Shown piece by piece: positions 35,654 through 47,103 of a DNA stretch of 64,000 nt. How positions within the stretch are numbered: position 1 is the first letter of the stretch; every line of letters begins with the position of its first letter. The position numbers and the translations under genes are program-made. The stretch is from Schizochytrium sp. TIO01 (Eukaryota > Protista > Bigyra: Labyrinthulomycetes), in assembly GCA_004764695.1 (NCBI GenBank), contig SMSO01000004.1, forward strand, positions 1,302,001 through 1,366,000. The letters run 5' to 3'. The notes under the pieces are model-generated. The model did no database searches and was not told where the DNA came from. It saw only the letters and a list, made by a program, of their open reading frames with translations.

Positions 35654-37198
35654 GGTATTGTTAACCAAGATTTTAGGAGAACAAAAGCAGGAATTTCAAT
35701 TGTCGACTTCAACCTTCTAATTCGGCCTTGAACCTTCTTCTCACTTCGTTTTGGGGGTCTTTTTCGTTGGTATCGCTTCCGCAATCTAAATTTCAGGGAG
35801 AGAACGCAAACTCCATCTATGTATAAAAATATACTTCGCTGGTGCTCGTGTCAAAGACGAAGCGAAATGAAGTGAGGTTGTATCGTCTTGACGCTGACGT
35901 CAACGACGACGATGCCTAGCTGGCCGACTGGCTGGCTGCACAGCTGACTGCGGCTTGTGACGGCGGTAGCCTCCCTTCCACAAGATGCCACCTGCGCTGT
36001 GCCCCTAGTTCAACAGAGGTTCTTTGCCGACGCCGTGGCAGTGCCTCGACGCCTGCAAGTGAAATTCGCGTGTGGCGGTGAAGCGATTTGAATGTTTATT
36101 TGTAAACAGTGTTCTCAATATCAAAACCAAAAAATCATCGCTCAAGAATGCTTGTAGAAGTCCTTATTTCGTCCTACGACTGTAGTTTACGAAAGCACTA
36201 CTACCTGGTAGATAGGCAAACTAAGAGATAGCTTTGCCCTTTGCTTTGGGTATTACAATTCATAATCTGACCGTACCTACTTAGCTACTAGTAACTAAAA
36301 GGTACTATTGCGTGTTAAGCTTGCACCCATTTTAAATGTTCTTTGTTTCTTATTAGCAACTGCCTCTACTTCTCAGAACAATTCGAAAGGAAGTGCACAA
36401 CTCGTGCTGGTGGCAGCTAGCTCCTTTTCGAGTCAGGCTTACTTCGCAGGAGTGGAGAACGTTGAAGACCATTGCATGACATATTCACATGTTCGGTCCC
36501 CTGGTCGCGTAGTAGATTGACGAGTCATAGAAGAGAAGGGCCCTTTAAAAAAGGTAACACATGAGAAAAAGATAAAATGAAAGTAAAAAACGATCCGTTG
36601 GCTGCGGCTGCTTCAAATTCTCTTTTGTTTTTAACTTACAAAGGTGAGAACAGATCAGTTTGTCTGAATATCCTGGCTGAGTTTGAGCAATAGGACATAC
36701 CGTAGGAGTACTATGTGATAGTTTTCCCGATATGCTGAGAAGTAATAGAAACCTGAAAAAGGGTTCTCATACGTGTCGGAGTTTTTCATTAGTTGGCAAG
36801 CGCACAGTAGTAATTGACGATATGTCTTCTCAGCTTTCTCAATGCAAAACGAGAGACCCGCGCACAGTTGGTGTCTATTGAGTAAAAGTCCCGATGGCAA
36901 TGAAATTAGGGGTAAATTCAAGGTATAAAAGACACTCAAGGCATCATGCCTACCTAACCTAAAAACACGCAGCTCAACAGCGCCGCAATTTTACTGCGGC
37001 CCTAAGAAGAAATTAAGTTGGTATTGAGGGAGAAACACTTTTACTCCCGCAAAGGTATATCTTATATGCATTATATGATTGAATATTTTTGTGTGCATTT
37101 GGAGTTTTGGCCCATAAAGGTTTCAGCTAAAACATAAAGCTCGCTCATAGTATGTCTCGTCAAAGCTCTGAGTATTGGTAATAGAATACGCTTTGAGC

Positions 37199-38860
37199 TC
37201 AAGCAGTGGAGACCTCTGTACGAAATGAGCTTTCTGGGCTCACGATACTTGATGTTGTTTTCAAGCTATCAACTATTACATCACATCCAGGTTTAGAAGC
37301 TAATGTTGATTCACTTTCACCTCTCATGCCATCTTCAAGAGTGTTTATCAGGTCAGCTTTGAATGCAGGCTTCACTTCGTAGTCAACATTGTGATTTTTA
37401 GAAAGTTCTTTGTTTTGCTGTGGGCCTCGGAGTCCTATCAAAAGCACAAAACTTAGAAGAACTTGATTAGGCCAAATGCAGATTTGCATTGCCATGGTTT
37501 GTGCCGGCCCACGATTCCTGATTTTTGCTCCCATAAAGAGAATAAGGTAAAAACTTTGCAAAAAACAGAATAGGGCAAAAAAACGTAACCAGAAGCCCAT
37601 ATGAATTGCAAAGCGTTGAATTGCAATGCCCGTCGCATCAGTTCGACCATGATGCCCACCAGTTCTGGTGAGATGGAGATTGATATGATTAAGAAGTCGA
37701 CGCACTGAAACCAAAAATATGACTGCAGCAATAGTAGTAAGCATTGGATAAACCATCGCAAGGCGGCCCTGATTCTCAGGATAGTACTGTGCATAACGAC
37801 TTGCGATCATCAGGTCTGGCGATACAATTATCACAAATGCACCGAGCAGAAATAAAAGATATCTTTTCTGAGTGAAAATATTGCGCAGCGGTCTGAGCTT
37901 GCTTACAGATTCTGACATTTCGAACCAAAAGACAGCTACAACGCAGACTAGGAAAAATTGCAAACCCATCAAGCCTGTACTGAAAAAAAGCTTGACGTTC
38001 CATGGTGCATGTTCATCACCTTGAATCGGTGCTCTGGAAAGGCGCATGAGGCCAAAGGTGTGAGCAAACCCGACTAGTAGATTCACAAATGCATATATGC
38101 AAAGAACGGGGCCTTGGCCATGAATACGCCGTCGAGATACAGCGTTGTGCTTGGTGGTAGGATCTTGTTGTCTAGAAAATGGCATGCGTTGAAAAATAGC
38201 AAGGGTTTGAATGACACTAAAGATTGCATATAGACCCAGCAAGATGCGCGCCAACCCCGAACCAATAATAGCTGCAGACATGCCTTTCAAATATGGGATA
38301 GCAAGGTTAGGCTCATCGCAAGTCATTGCAAGCTGAACAGGCACGTTTTGGGAGAGCATTTGGATAATTGGATAAAGATGCTCAATGTAGGCAGACAGAA
38401 GAATCGTTTGGTTGTAGAGTTCTGGATCGTGTGTGGTTCCACCACGAAGATACTCCCCCATACTGGGGACTTTATCCACAGCCATTGTTACAGCCCCTAA
38501 TGCCCCGGAGTTTGCAATTTTTTCGTATTTTGCTTCTAAGGAACAGTGAGCCGTAGAAAAGTCAATCTTTTTGCCATTTTTTTCGATAGTCTCAAGAAGG
38601 TAGACCATGTCAGGTACGATGACGATCTTGCCCGTGTAATTGCCAACAAAGGCAGGACCACAAAGCTTATCATCAGGATGGAGTAAAGTCGCTGGTGCAA
38701 CCATTCTCTCGCAAGATTGTTTCCCAAAATATCGTCCAAATTTTGTGGTTGCGATATATGTTGGTACATTTTCGGGCCGAGGAGATACTAGCTCAAGACA
38801 TTCGATCCCAGCCACATGGAAATAGAATACAACGAAGAGTATTTGAAAATACAGCCTCAT
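37199..38860 (-). CDS. Signal peptide + PA (protease-associated)-like ectodomain + 7-transmembrane protein
   Basis: Signal MRLYFQILFVVFYFHVAG; PA-like KLCGP..YTGKIVIV..CSLEAKYEKIANSGALGAVTM; seven hydrophobic segments from AAIIGSGL.. to ..VLLSFVLLIGL; Ser/Thr-rich tail. Confidence 0.8.
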   Translation of the reverse strand: MRLYFQILFVVFYFHVAGIECLELVSPRPENVPTYIATTKFGRYFGKQSCERMVAPATLLHPDDKLCGPAFVGNYTGKIVIVPDMVYLLETIEKNGKKIDFSTAHCSLEAKYEKIANSGALGAVTMAVDKVPSMGEYLRGGTTHDPELYNQTILLSAYIEHLYPIIQMLSQNVPVQLAMTCDEPNLAIPYLKGMSAAIIGSGLARILLGLYAIFSVIQTLAIFQRMPFSRQQDPTTKHNAVSRRRIHGQGPVLCIYAFVNLLVGFAHTFGLMRLSRAPIQGDEHAPWNVKLFFSTGLMGLQFFLVCVVAVFWFEMSESVSKLRPLRNIFTQKRYLLFLLGAFVIIVSPDLMIASRYAQYYPENQGRLAMVYPMLTTIAAVIFLVSVRRLLNHINLHLTRTGGHHGRTDATGIAIQRFAIHMGFWLRFFALFCFLQSFYLILFMGAKIRNRGPAQTMAMQICIWPNQVLLSFVLLIGLRGPQQNKELSKNHNVDYEVKPAFKADLINTLEDGMRGESESTLASKPGCDVIVDSLKTTSSIVSPESSFRTEVSTA

Positions 38861-41800
38861 CTTCGCGATGGTGTTGACAAAATTAGGGAATTACTGACCC
38901 ACAAGCTTTGAGACTGCATACGTTAAGAGTGGGGAGGATGTAAAGTCTCTAGTCTTTTCACTTACTATATAGACTATTCAGAATTCCTAGTAATGAGACT
39001 AAGAAGGACGCGTTTTTAATAGTTCCATGCTTATTTTGCTAGATTTGATATAGTTATTGTATGATATCTATGCAAATGTTTACAGAAGTCTTTTATTCCA
39101 TACAACAACTATATCGTCAGACCTTTCGTGAGTCCAGGTCTTTCATAGAAAATGTAGGGCCAACTCGCCTGGAGACACATGCCTATAAACTAGATCTTAC
39201 GAAATCCATAAGCTGCGGAAGAGTTCGCTCGGCTCTGAAAATTACCGGCGTGTGCAAATGAGCCTTCAGTTATAATAATCTTATTTCGTTGAATTCTCAC
39301 TTCTTTATAAAGTAGGGGCCTAGTACTGGCTCCACTTCGGGTCTTTCATTCATTTTTAATTCTTACTCGAGAGGTTTGGTTAACACATTAACGACTTATA
39401 TATTTAACGAGTTTTGATAAATGACGAAAACTTCCCTTCCGAGAGCTTCTTCTGTACCTACCACGACTAACGTTGTCCGCCTGCTGCCACGCCGTCCTTG
39501 AAATGCTGGTCTGCTCTAGTCCTAGGTAGAATCTAGAGTCAACTTATTTCCATGAATTCCAATCTTGCGAACGCCCCTTCTTCAAGCTTTCCTTTCTAGT
39601 CGAAGGCCCAAGGTATCATTAAGTAGAAGTAAAAGTAGTAGTAGTATATTTTACTTACGGTAAGACTCCTTTAATTAAGAAATATTCTCTATTAGAAATA
39701 GAAGTAGGTAGTACTAACTAAAAGATCTCAACGCAGACCATATTCTGACAGTTGTTGCTTGCTCATTGTATGCTAATGAAACACCTGTGCCCATTTGTCC
39801 CGTTGACTAGAACAAATGCTCATCTCCGCAAATCTTTCAGGACTTAAAATGAATCATGAATGGACTTCAGAATCTCTCTTTTCATTTTCGGCTCAGAATA
39901 CTTGGCGCCAGTTTGTATGTGCACGTTATTCTCGTTGCTTTTCCAGAATGTTGTTTCAAAGTAAAAAATCATGGTTTTTACTCACTCCTGCGAAGGGGTA
40001 GCCCAACATAGTTGGTTTGATAATTTTCAAACCTTTGAACGTCACTCGCTGTCTAGCGAAAGCGATACTGCCATTGTACGGTGTTGTGCAGATTGGTGTT
40101 TTTATCATTATGATCTCCAAGTACTCAGAAATAAGTGTCAATCACTGCGAGTTTCTCCCTTTTATTAGTGCCACTTTTCCCTTCCTCCGCCAATACTTGA
40201 CTATTTTCATGCACCTCTTCTTATTTTTTATTTTTTAAAAAAAAAAAAGAGTTTAAAACTTAATCATCATTCTATAAGAAGCCGGACCAAGGAACGGTCC
40301 CTTCCATGGTCCAGCAGCTGTTTGCCAGCGAGTAGAAGAATTACTCAGCAGCAACAAAGCCTTTCAAAGCTAGTTGAAAGAACAACTGAGGTTGATTATT
40401 TGCCTCGAACCAAAAATATTATTTTTCGAAATATGAAAAAGCCCTGTACGCGTGCTGAACTGGCTCAGGTTGAAACCTTGAGTATAAACGTGCGGAGTTG
40501 TAATTCGAAAGCTCCACACCTCCGAAGATTTTAAGGACGAGGCAGGGAAGGGGCTTAACATCTGAGCTATCACAGAAACTCGGAAAGCGCTTGCCTGTGT
40601 GTCTTTGGACTGACGCAGATGAAGTTGTGTTCTCTTGACAGGAAAATTGCGTTGTAAGTCTGAACTACCACACCAGTGCTTTTGCCAGGTGACGAATTTT
40701 CATAGGTCATAACCCTTTACTTATAGGAACTTCTTTCCAAAATCCAAGGTATCTAAGCTAGCGACCAGTATTGTAAAAATAACCTATCGCTCGGACGAGC
40801 CAATAGAGCTCAGGAAGTAGGTGAATTGGGGGAAACAGCCCAAAGGCTCAATTGGGTTGGTCGTGCCACTTTTCATTATGTCTGAGAAAGACTAAGAAAA
40901 AGAAAGAACTAAAAGATGACTCAGCATGTAATTTTAGCCTTGTCGCCTCAGTGATCTTACCTAGGCTAGAATGGCTGACGTCTCAACCAGGCATTCGTAG
41001 GCAAGTTCACGCAAAGAGAGTGCAATGATTTGCCAACCTTTGATTTCTTTACATAGACCCGTTCCATATATTCATATTATGTTACCTTTTAAAACTTTTA
41101 GATCGACCAATATTTCATTCGTTTGCTCCATTTTGAAGTGCTTGTTTGAAAGACAGGGTCCATCTGAAACAAAATATCTGCAAACTTATCAATTTCCGTC
41201 CATTGTTTATACGGCTTCAGTCACGGGTTGAGGACCATTGATATTACTTTTGATTGATTGGAAGATTTCCAAGGTCTCGTGCTGTAGCACCATTTTAGCG
41301 TAACAATGTTTCTCTTCCTCCAAGTATCTTTAATTCAATTTTTAACAAAAGGGGGAAAAAAGAGAGAAAGTCAGTTTTGTCCCACCACCACGTGTCCCAC
41401 CTTCGAACGCCGACAACTACAAAAAGGTTGCTACTACAACAGGTTCTCAGCATCCTGCACTCCAGTTCATCGAGAAATACCAGCTATCGCACTGGCATAA
41501 TCATTCGCTCTATATGCTGGAAAAACCACGTCTTCAGATAAAGCTTGTTGCTCTAACACCTTAAGAGCATACAAACTTGAAATTTGCTTTAAACATTCTT
41601 CATTTGTAAAAGTAGTTGGTGAAGCCGGCGTTTTGTGCGTGTGCTCAAACTGGCTGCTCTCTCAAAGACCTGGAAGAAAGGCGGCTGTGGCATGCACGGG
41701 ATTGCTAGCTTCATCAATTTATCGATACTAGAATATCCTCATGATCGGCGCAAATATCTCAAAGGTCAAGATGATGGTTTGAAAGGTTGAAAACGGTGCT

Positions 41801-42683
41801 ATTAAGATTTGAATCAATCTCATGGTTGCGGAGGGAGTCGGAGCTCCATTTAGCAAAAGGAAATAGTTCCCAAAATATAAAATAGTGGTCAAAAGCTTTT
41901 AATATCGATATCTAGAAGTTGAATGCAATTGACCTAAGCGTATGCGGCTAGTTTTAAGAAGAACACACGGTTAAGTATTTGGAATACGATTTGCCAGCTT
42001 TTTTACTATACGAGACGTGGAGAAGACATGAAGTTCGGTTGTCGGGTTTTGTACAGCGCTGCTCATGCGAACGCTTTCACCTTTGAAAAGTCGCAATCCA
42101 TACACTTCTCTGCTTTGGAAAAAAAAATGTAAACTGGCAGAAAGACAGAATTTTTCAATTTATTAAAAAAAAAATGCAAAAAAATGCAAGCTTTCATTTT
42201 TTTATTTTTTATTTTTAAATATAAATATAGGCGTATGTATTTCAGAAAAAGAAAAAAAAAAATTAAAATTGTATACACACGTATATGATGTGTTTTTTTG
42301 CGGCATGGAATATTGTGGAGCACGTGTATGCAGGTTATTCTTATGTTCAGGGTAGCGGGTTTAAACAAGAAAGTCAAGAGTCATATCAAGTGTATATTCA
42401 TTACATACAGGGCACCTCGAAAGAGCTAATTTAAAAATTAAAAGATAGCATTTTAACATGCACTTGAAAGTCAATCACTTGGCACGGTCTACTCGCGCAA
42501 GAGCACGCGTATGGTCCTAGTCAAACTACCTACCCGAGGACATTGCAGTTTGAACAATCTGAAGCCTCCTCCAGTAAACCTCTAAGTAGATCAGATTCGC
42601 TAATCGCTTTAAATGAAAACGTAACATCGTCAAATGGAGTTGGTAGCATTCATCAAATCCGAAACTCTGGCTCAAGTTATAAA

Positions 42684-42700
42684 CGCTATATAAATATAAA
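42684..42700 (+). promoter_or_regulatory. Possible TATA box upstream of the CBM1 gene
   Basis: CTATATAAATATAAA about 25-40 nt before ATG 42724; positional inference only. Confidence 0.35.
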
Positions 42701-42723
42701 TTAGTCAAGCATTTGCATCAAAC

Positions 42724-43977
42724 ATGTTCGCGGGACTTAAACTATGCTTCGTCGTGTGTCTTTTCCTAGCAAGTCTAGACTCGTCTGATGCAGTCTATAA
42801 CGTTGTAGTGTGGGCGATTCAAGCTGATGAACTTGTAGGAAAATTCCAATGTTTGCAAGATGCAGTAGAGAAAGGAGATGCTATACTTCAATCGCGATCA
42901 ACGTTGACACGCCCTCCCTTTTTGACAGCCTCCACGCCATGGCCGGCCTACCCCGGTACCTTCTTTTACAACACTGTAAACTACACAAAGGTAGACTGTG
43001 ATAAATACGCAGGTGTTTGCAAGTACTTTTCGAAACGACATATGGTAGATAAGAAAACGTTGACCTGGGAAAGAATTATTGCTACAGAAAATGAAGCCTC
43101 CAATGCACAGCTAGGTCAGTACGGCAATGTGTCTTGGTACCAGTTTTCTGATGAAAGTACCTATCGTTCGTCTTGTAAACTTGACAGTGCAAACCCGGCC
43201 TGGAATGAAGAACGTGGAGGATGGCCAAGCCATATTGTAGCGGGCTGCACTCAGCATAAACGTATCGTAGAGCTTTGGAATTCTATGAATATGGCAAAGT
43301 CAACCATTTGCACAGATAAGCAGAGGCATCTTCAAGGTCAAATCGGTAATGTTGTCCGTAATATCGGTGTTTTCTTACAAAACAATGATCAACCAGAATT
43401 GACCTCGGACAATCAGGCTGGATTCCGCGCTGAAGAAACATACTATAGTTTTTTTCCTCTTGCGCTTGGCTATCCGACTTTACCAGAGCTTTGCAGCGAG
43501 ATTCCTCTACAATGCGACGTGTCAAACACCGGTGTGGAACTTATCATGATGGCCAGATACCAAACTTCAAACTGGAATGCAATTGTTGCAGCAAGCCAAA
43601 TGACTCAACAATTCATCATTGATCATCCCAAGTCCAATCTTCACGTGACGCTTGCCCGCGGGCGATATGACGGCAGCACGTTCCTCAACCGAGGCATGTA
43701 TGCAGGTGAGAGTGCCTGTCCATCAGGCGTTGCACGAGTATACGAAAAATGCGGAGGAATCGATCACAACGGCCCGACATGCTGTGAAATGGGTTCAATG
43801 TGTGTTCGAAAGAACGAATGGTACAGTGGTTGCCAACCTATTCCTCTGCAACGAGATGAGGTTTGTGGAGGGGAGAACTCAGTCTTCGCTAATGTCTCCT
43901 CCACGCTTCATAAATGCGATTCTGGTCTGGTATGCTCCAAAGCCTCTGCTTACCTATCGACTTGTCAAAAAGAATAA
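42724..43977 (+). CDS. Secreted protein: unidentified ~310-aa domain plus two C-terminal CBM1-like modules
   Basis: Signal peptide MFAGLKLCFVVCLFLASLDSSDA; CBM1 YEKCGGIDHNGPTCCEMGSMCVRKNEWYSGC; second degenerate module EVCGG..CDSGLVCSKASAYLSTC. Confidence 0.85.
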   Translation: MFAGLKLCFVVCLFLASLDSSDAVYNVVVWAIQADELVGKFQCLQDAVEKGDAILQSRSTLTRPPFLTASTPWPAYPGTFFYNTVNYTKVDCDKYAGVCKYFSKRHMVDKKTLTWERIIATENEASNAQLGQYGNVSWYQFSDESTYRSSCKLDSANPAWNEERGGWPSHIVAGCTQHKRIVELWNSMNMAKSTICTDKQRHLQGQIGNVVRNIGVFLQNNDQPELTSDNQAGFRAEETYYSFFPLALGYPTLPELCSEIPLQCDVSNTGVELIMMARYQTSNWNAIVAASQMTQQFIIDHPKSNLHVTLARGRYDGSTFLNRGMYAGESACPSGVARVYEKCGGIDHNGPTCCEMGSMCVRKNEWYSGCQPIPLQRDEVCGGENSVFANVSSTLHKCDSGLVCSKASAYLSTCQKE

Positions 43978-44606
43978 GAGGAAACCCCGCTTGCAGAATT
44001 GTCAGTACCGATTGAGACTCAAGATGTTCTGTTTGAAATGAATTTCTTCATCTGATGGTATATCGTAATGGTAAAATATCGAAGGCAAGTCGTAAGTCTG
44101 GTACAGAGTAAACGCAGTGCTTAAAATATGTTTGAGATAAAGGTCTCTAAGTTTTTTATGGCCATCAACATACCCTTTGGGGTCCAGAAGAGGTAAAAGT
44201 ACAAATTGGGGAAAACCAAAGTATTGATTGCATTGGGTTTTTACAGATATTTTCGAAAAATCTCCGTTGGTGTTTAAGATTCTCATTGTTTATTTTGTTT
44301 TCGAAAAATACAATTTAATTAAGAAAATAGCAAAAAAAAAAATTATCTGCTTCACTTGACAAGTAATTCTAATAGGGTTTAAGCTTGATTTCAAGATCTC
44401 CTGTAGACTCGCTGTATTGTGTTCATCCATGCAGCATTACATATTCTAGAAACTTTGCATAGTGAAAGAAAGCACATTTCACATAAAGAGGTATGTTGCA
44501 AAATGCGGCTAACTAATAGGAGAATTCTTTTTCTTTTTTTTAAGAATTTGAAAAAGTTTGGAGAGAGCCACTGTGACTAGTACGTCAATACAAAACCCCT
44601 CATAGT

Positions 44607-45593
44607 TTAACTTTGGTCACTTCTTTCCGAGTGGAAGGCGCGGTGGACCTTTCCATCAAGAAAGGTTTTAAATTGGTGCCTTTTGTCGCATGAGAACCAC
44701 ATAGAAAAACAATAGCGCGTACCACTTGTTACTTGAGTAAAACGATGTGGGTTCTCTGGTCCAGATGAGAAGGTAATAAATCGTCCTCGACGAGGGCGCA
44801 CAGTTGTAGGCTTATCCTCATCAAGGAAAACGAATTCGCCTCCTTGAAAATCCTCGCCATGCGTGGTCAAATACACTAGGCCACTCATGTCGTAATGGGG
44901 AGTGTTATCCTTATCAACATGAGGGTGCCAGTACTCATCGTGGATTTCTTGCGGCGTCCATGACTCGTTGCCAACAATGCGAGCAACAAACGTCGGAGCG
45001 GTAAAATATAGAATATTCATTCCGTTGATTTCCATAATGCGTTCCCTGATTCTGTCAAACATGCGTGCATAAACAGCATACTCTTCGGTTGTAAAAGAAA
45101 CTGCATTAGGACCCTCATAAATGATCTGAACTCCCTCTCCATCTTTCATAAAACCAGAATTGACGTCTAAAATTGTCGGGCCACCAAGGTTGCTCCGGCT
45201 CTGAGCCATACCACGTTCGACCATATTAAGCAAAGTATCTACCTCTTCGTCAGAAAAAAAGCCATCCTCAACATGTCGCCAAGTCTTTGGGACATGGCAG
45301 CCTTCTACTACTTTCTCCCGAGGGTCTAACGGTGCGCGATCAATCTGCTGTCTCCAAGGTCCGTCTAATAATGTCGCCTCCACAAGGTCGCCTGATGGCT
45401 TTGACTGTTCCTTTGTTTCTTTTCCTGCATCATAAAAACTCAACGCGCTCCCATCGAAGATGCTTGCAATGCCGATGGCAACAGCAACGAGGGCTGCCAC
45501 GACAGCAAGATACAGCGTCGAAGAGCTCTTTTTGGCTGAGGTTTTAGAACGAGCAATCGCCTTGGCGCGGACATCCTTGCTTTCTGTACCCAT
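44607..45593 (-). CDS. OGFOD3: Type II membrane 2OG-Fe(II) oxygenase, OGFOD3-like
   Basis: N-terminal TM anchor; GGPTILDVNSG, LYFTAPTFVARI, HDEYWHPHVDK (HxD), SGLVYL, FSSGPENPH..VTSGTRY..MWFSC; ATG at 45593. Confidence 0.88.
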   Translation of the reverse strand: MGTESKDVRAKAIARSKTSAKKSSSTLYLAVVAALVAVAIGIASIFDGSALSFYDAGKETKEQSKPSGDLVEATLLDGPWRQQIDRAPLDPREKVVEGCHVPKTWRHVEDGFFSDEEVDTLLNMVERGMAQSRSNLGGPTILDVNSGFMKDGEGVQIIYEGPNAVSFTTEEYAVYARMFDRIRERIMEINGMNILYFTAPTFVARIVGNESWTPQEIHDEYWHPHVDKDNTPHYDMSGLVYLTTHGEDFQGGEFVFLDEDKPTTVRPRRGRFITFSSGPENPHRFTQVTSGTRYCFSMWFSCDKRHQFKTFLDGKVHRAFHSERSDQS

Positions 45594-46410
45594 TTTGTCA
45601 CGGTTGTATCTAATATTATTCACGAATTGCTTTGCTTGGACATTCGTTAAATTGGTAAAAATGATTAATTAAAAAAGTAAAAACCTTAATTTTTCAAACG
45701 GTTACGAAACGTATTGTCAAGGAATAAGACTCGCACGAGCTATGTGAGTGGTTGATCGAATGCTGGTCTTTCTTGATACAGGTACTATAACCTTCTCAAA
45801 ATTTCAATTAGGAGATATGTTGAACACCCATGCTGTTGTGCATTTACGATAGTTTTATTATATGGGGCTTAAGAACTTACTATTATTATTTGCAAAGAAT
45901 GGTATTCTGGTGATCACTTTTATCGTGTAGTGCTGGTAACACAAAGGAAGGCTCTGTTCCAAGTCCATGGAGGGCTGCTTCTGATATATCTTATCTAGGA
46001 TCAGGGTTCCTATACAAAGTATTCTAACAATGCAGTTTAACATTGCACTTATTCACTGGAGAGTGAGCGATTGTCATGCATGGCAGCGTAGGTTAAATAC
46101 TCATCTATTGGTTTTAATAATACCATGCAACTATGAGTACAATAGAAATTCAACTGTCTTACGATTTGACAAGTAACTTCAAGCCACGAGTAAGACCTTA
46201 CTCCCTTACCGGTTCTATTAAGCCAGAATTGATAAGAAAGGAAGCCAAATAGCGATATCTTCGAAGGGAGTTGCATAGTAGCATGTCAACACTTCTTTCC
46301 GTCACTTTTACACAAGACTACGATGACACCCATCAAATCCAAGCACGACGAAATGGCTTGCTAAACCAAAAAATAAATTAACACTATGATTACATGTAAG
46401 GATTGATTTA

Positions 46411-47103
46411 TTATTGGATCGCCTTTTCAATCTCTTCGCAAGCTTGCCGTAGAAAACTGTCAGGGGTGATTATTATCTGCATTTCCTCGGGAGAGAATCT
46501 TCCTAATACATGAGAATGTATAGCTGCACCTCGGGCCTGTGGCCTTCCGATTCCAATCTGCAAACGGCGGAAATCATCAGACCCCACTTGCTGAATGACT
46601 GACCTAACTCCATTGTGACCAGATGCGCTACCACGCTGCTTCCAGCGAATGTTCCCGAAAGCGCGGTCAAGGTCGTCATGGACAACAATGAGGGAGGCGC
46701 AACCATCTTTGGGCTTCTTCGAATTTAGAAATTGTTTCATCACTGCAGATGCCGCCTTGCCGTTTTCATTCATAAATAGCCTTGGCTCAACCAATATAAG
46801 CTGATTGTCCAAAGCTACATTTGCTTGAAGCTTTCGCTGTGTAGTCCAAGTCATACCGCGTTTCTCTGCTAGCCGACGCACTACTTGCATGCCAACGGAG
46901 TGTCGTGTCCACTCACTGCCAAAGTTGCCAAGGCCAATGACCACAAGCCTCGATGAGGTCTTTGCTGCCATCTTGTCCAAAATAGCTGGATCGGAGTGTG
47001 TCCAAAAACCAAAAAGATCTGGACTCCGTAGCTCTGCAATCCAACTGTTCACAAGCGTACGTAGGCTCAGCACAAAGGCCTTGGCTACGTCGCCGACTGG
47101 CAT
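46411..47103 (-). CDS. PTRH1: Peptidyl-tRNA hydrolase, bacterial-type Pth1/PTRH1 (likely organellar)
   Basis: LVVIGLGN.G..TRHSVG, PRLFMNENG, LIVVHDDLD, GSASGHNGVRS, FRRLQIGIGRP, HVLGRFS; alternative start at ATG 46971. Confidence 0.93.
   Translation of the reverse strand: MPVGDVAKAFVLSLRTLVNSWIAELRSPDLFGFWTHSDPAILDKMAAKTSSRLVVIGLGNFGSEWTRHSVGMQVVRRLAEKRGMTWTTQRKLQANVALDNQLILVEPRLFMNENGKAASAVMKQFLNSKKPKDGCASLIVVHDDLDRAFGNIRWKQRGSASGHNGVRSVIQQVGSDDFRRLQIGIGRPQARGAAIHSHVLGRFSPEEMQIIITPDSFLRQACEEIEKAIQ

Noticed and set aside
35171-35668. Stand-alone 165-aa gene
   Set aside because: Better explained as exon 1 of the formin gene: consensus donor, branch point and in-frame acceptor are all present.
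40284-40312. GGACCAAGGAA..TTCCATGGTCC hairpin as a Helitron end or terminator
   Set aside because: No CTRR terminus at the expected distance, single copy, and intrinsic terminators are not relevant here.
42115-42270. Poly-A/poly-T blocks as MITE terminal inverted repeats (also ~2890-2980, ~3690-3745)
   Set aside because: Low-complexity dA:dT tracts with no specific terminal repeats or target-site duplications.
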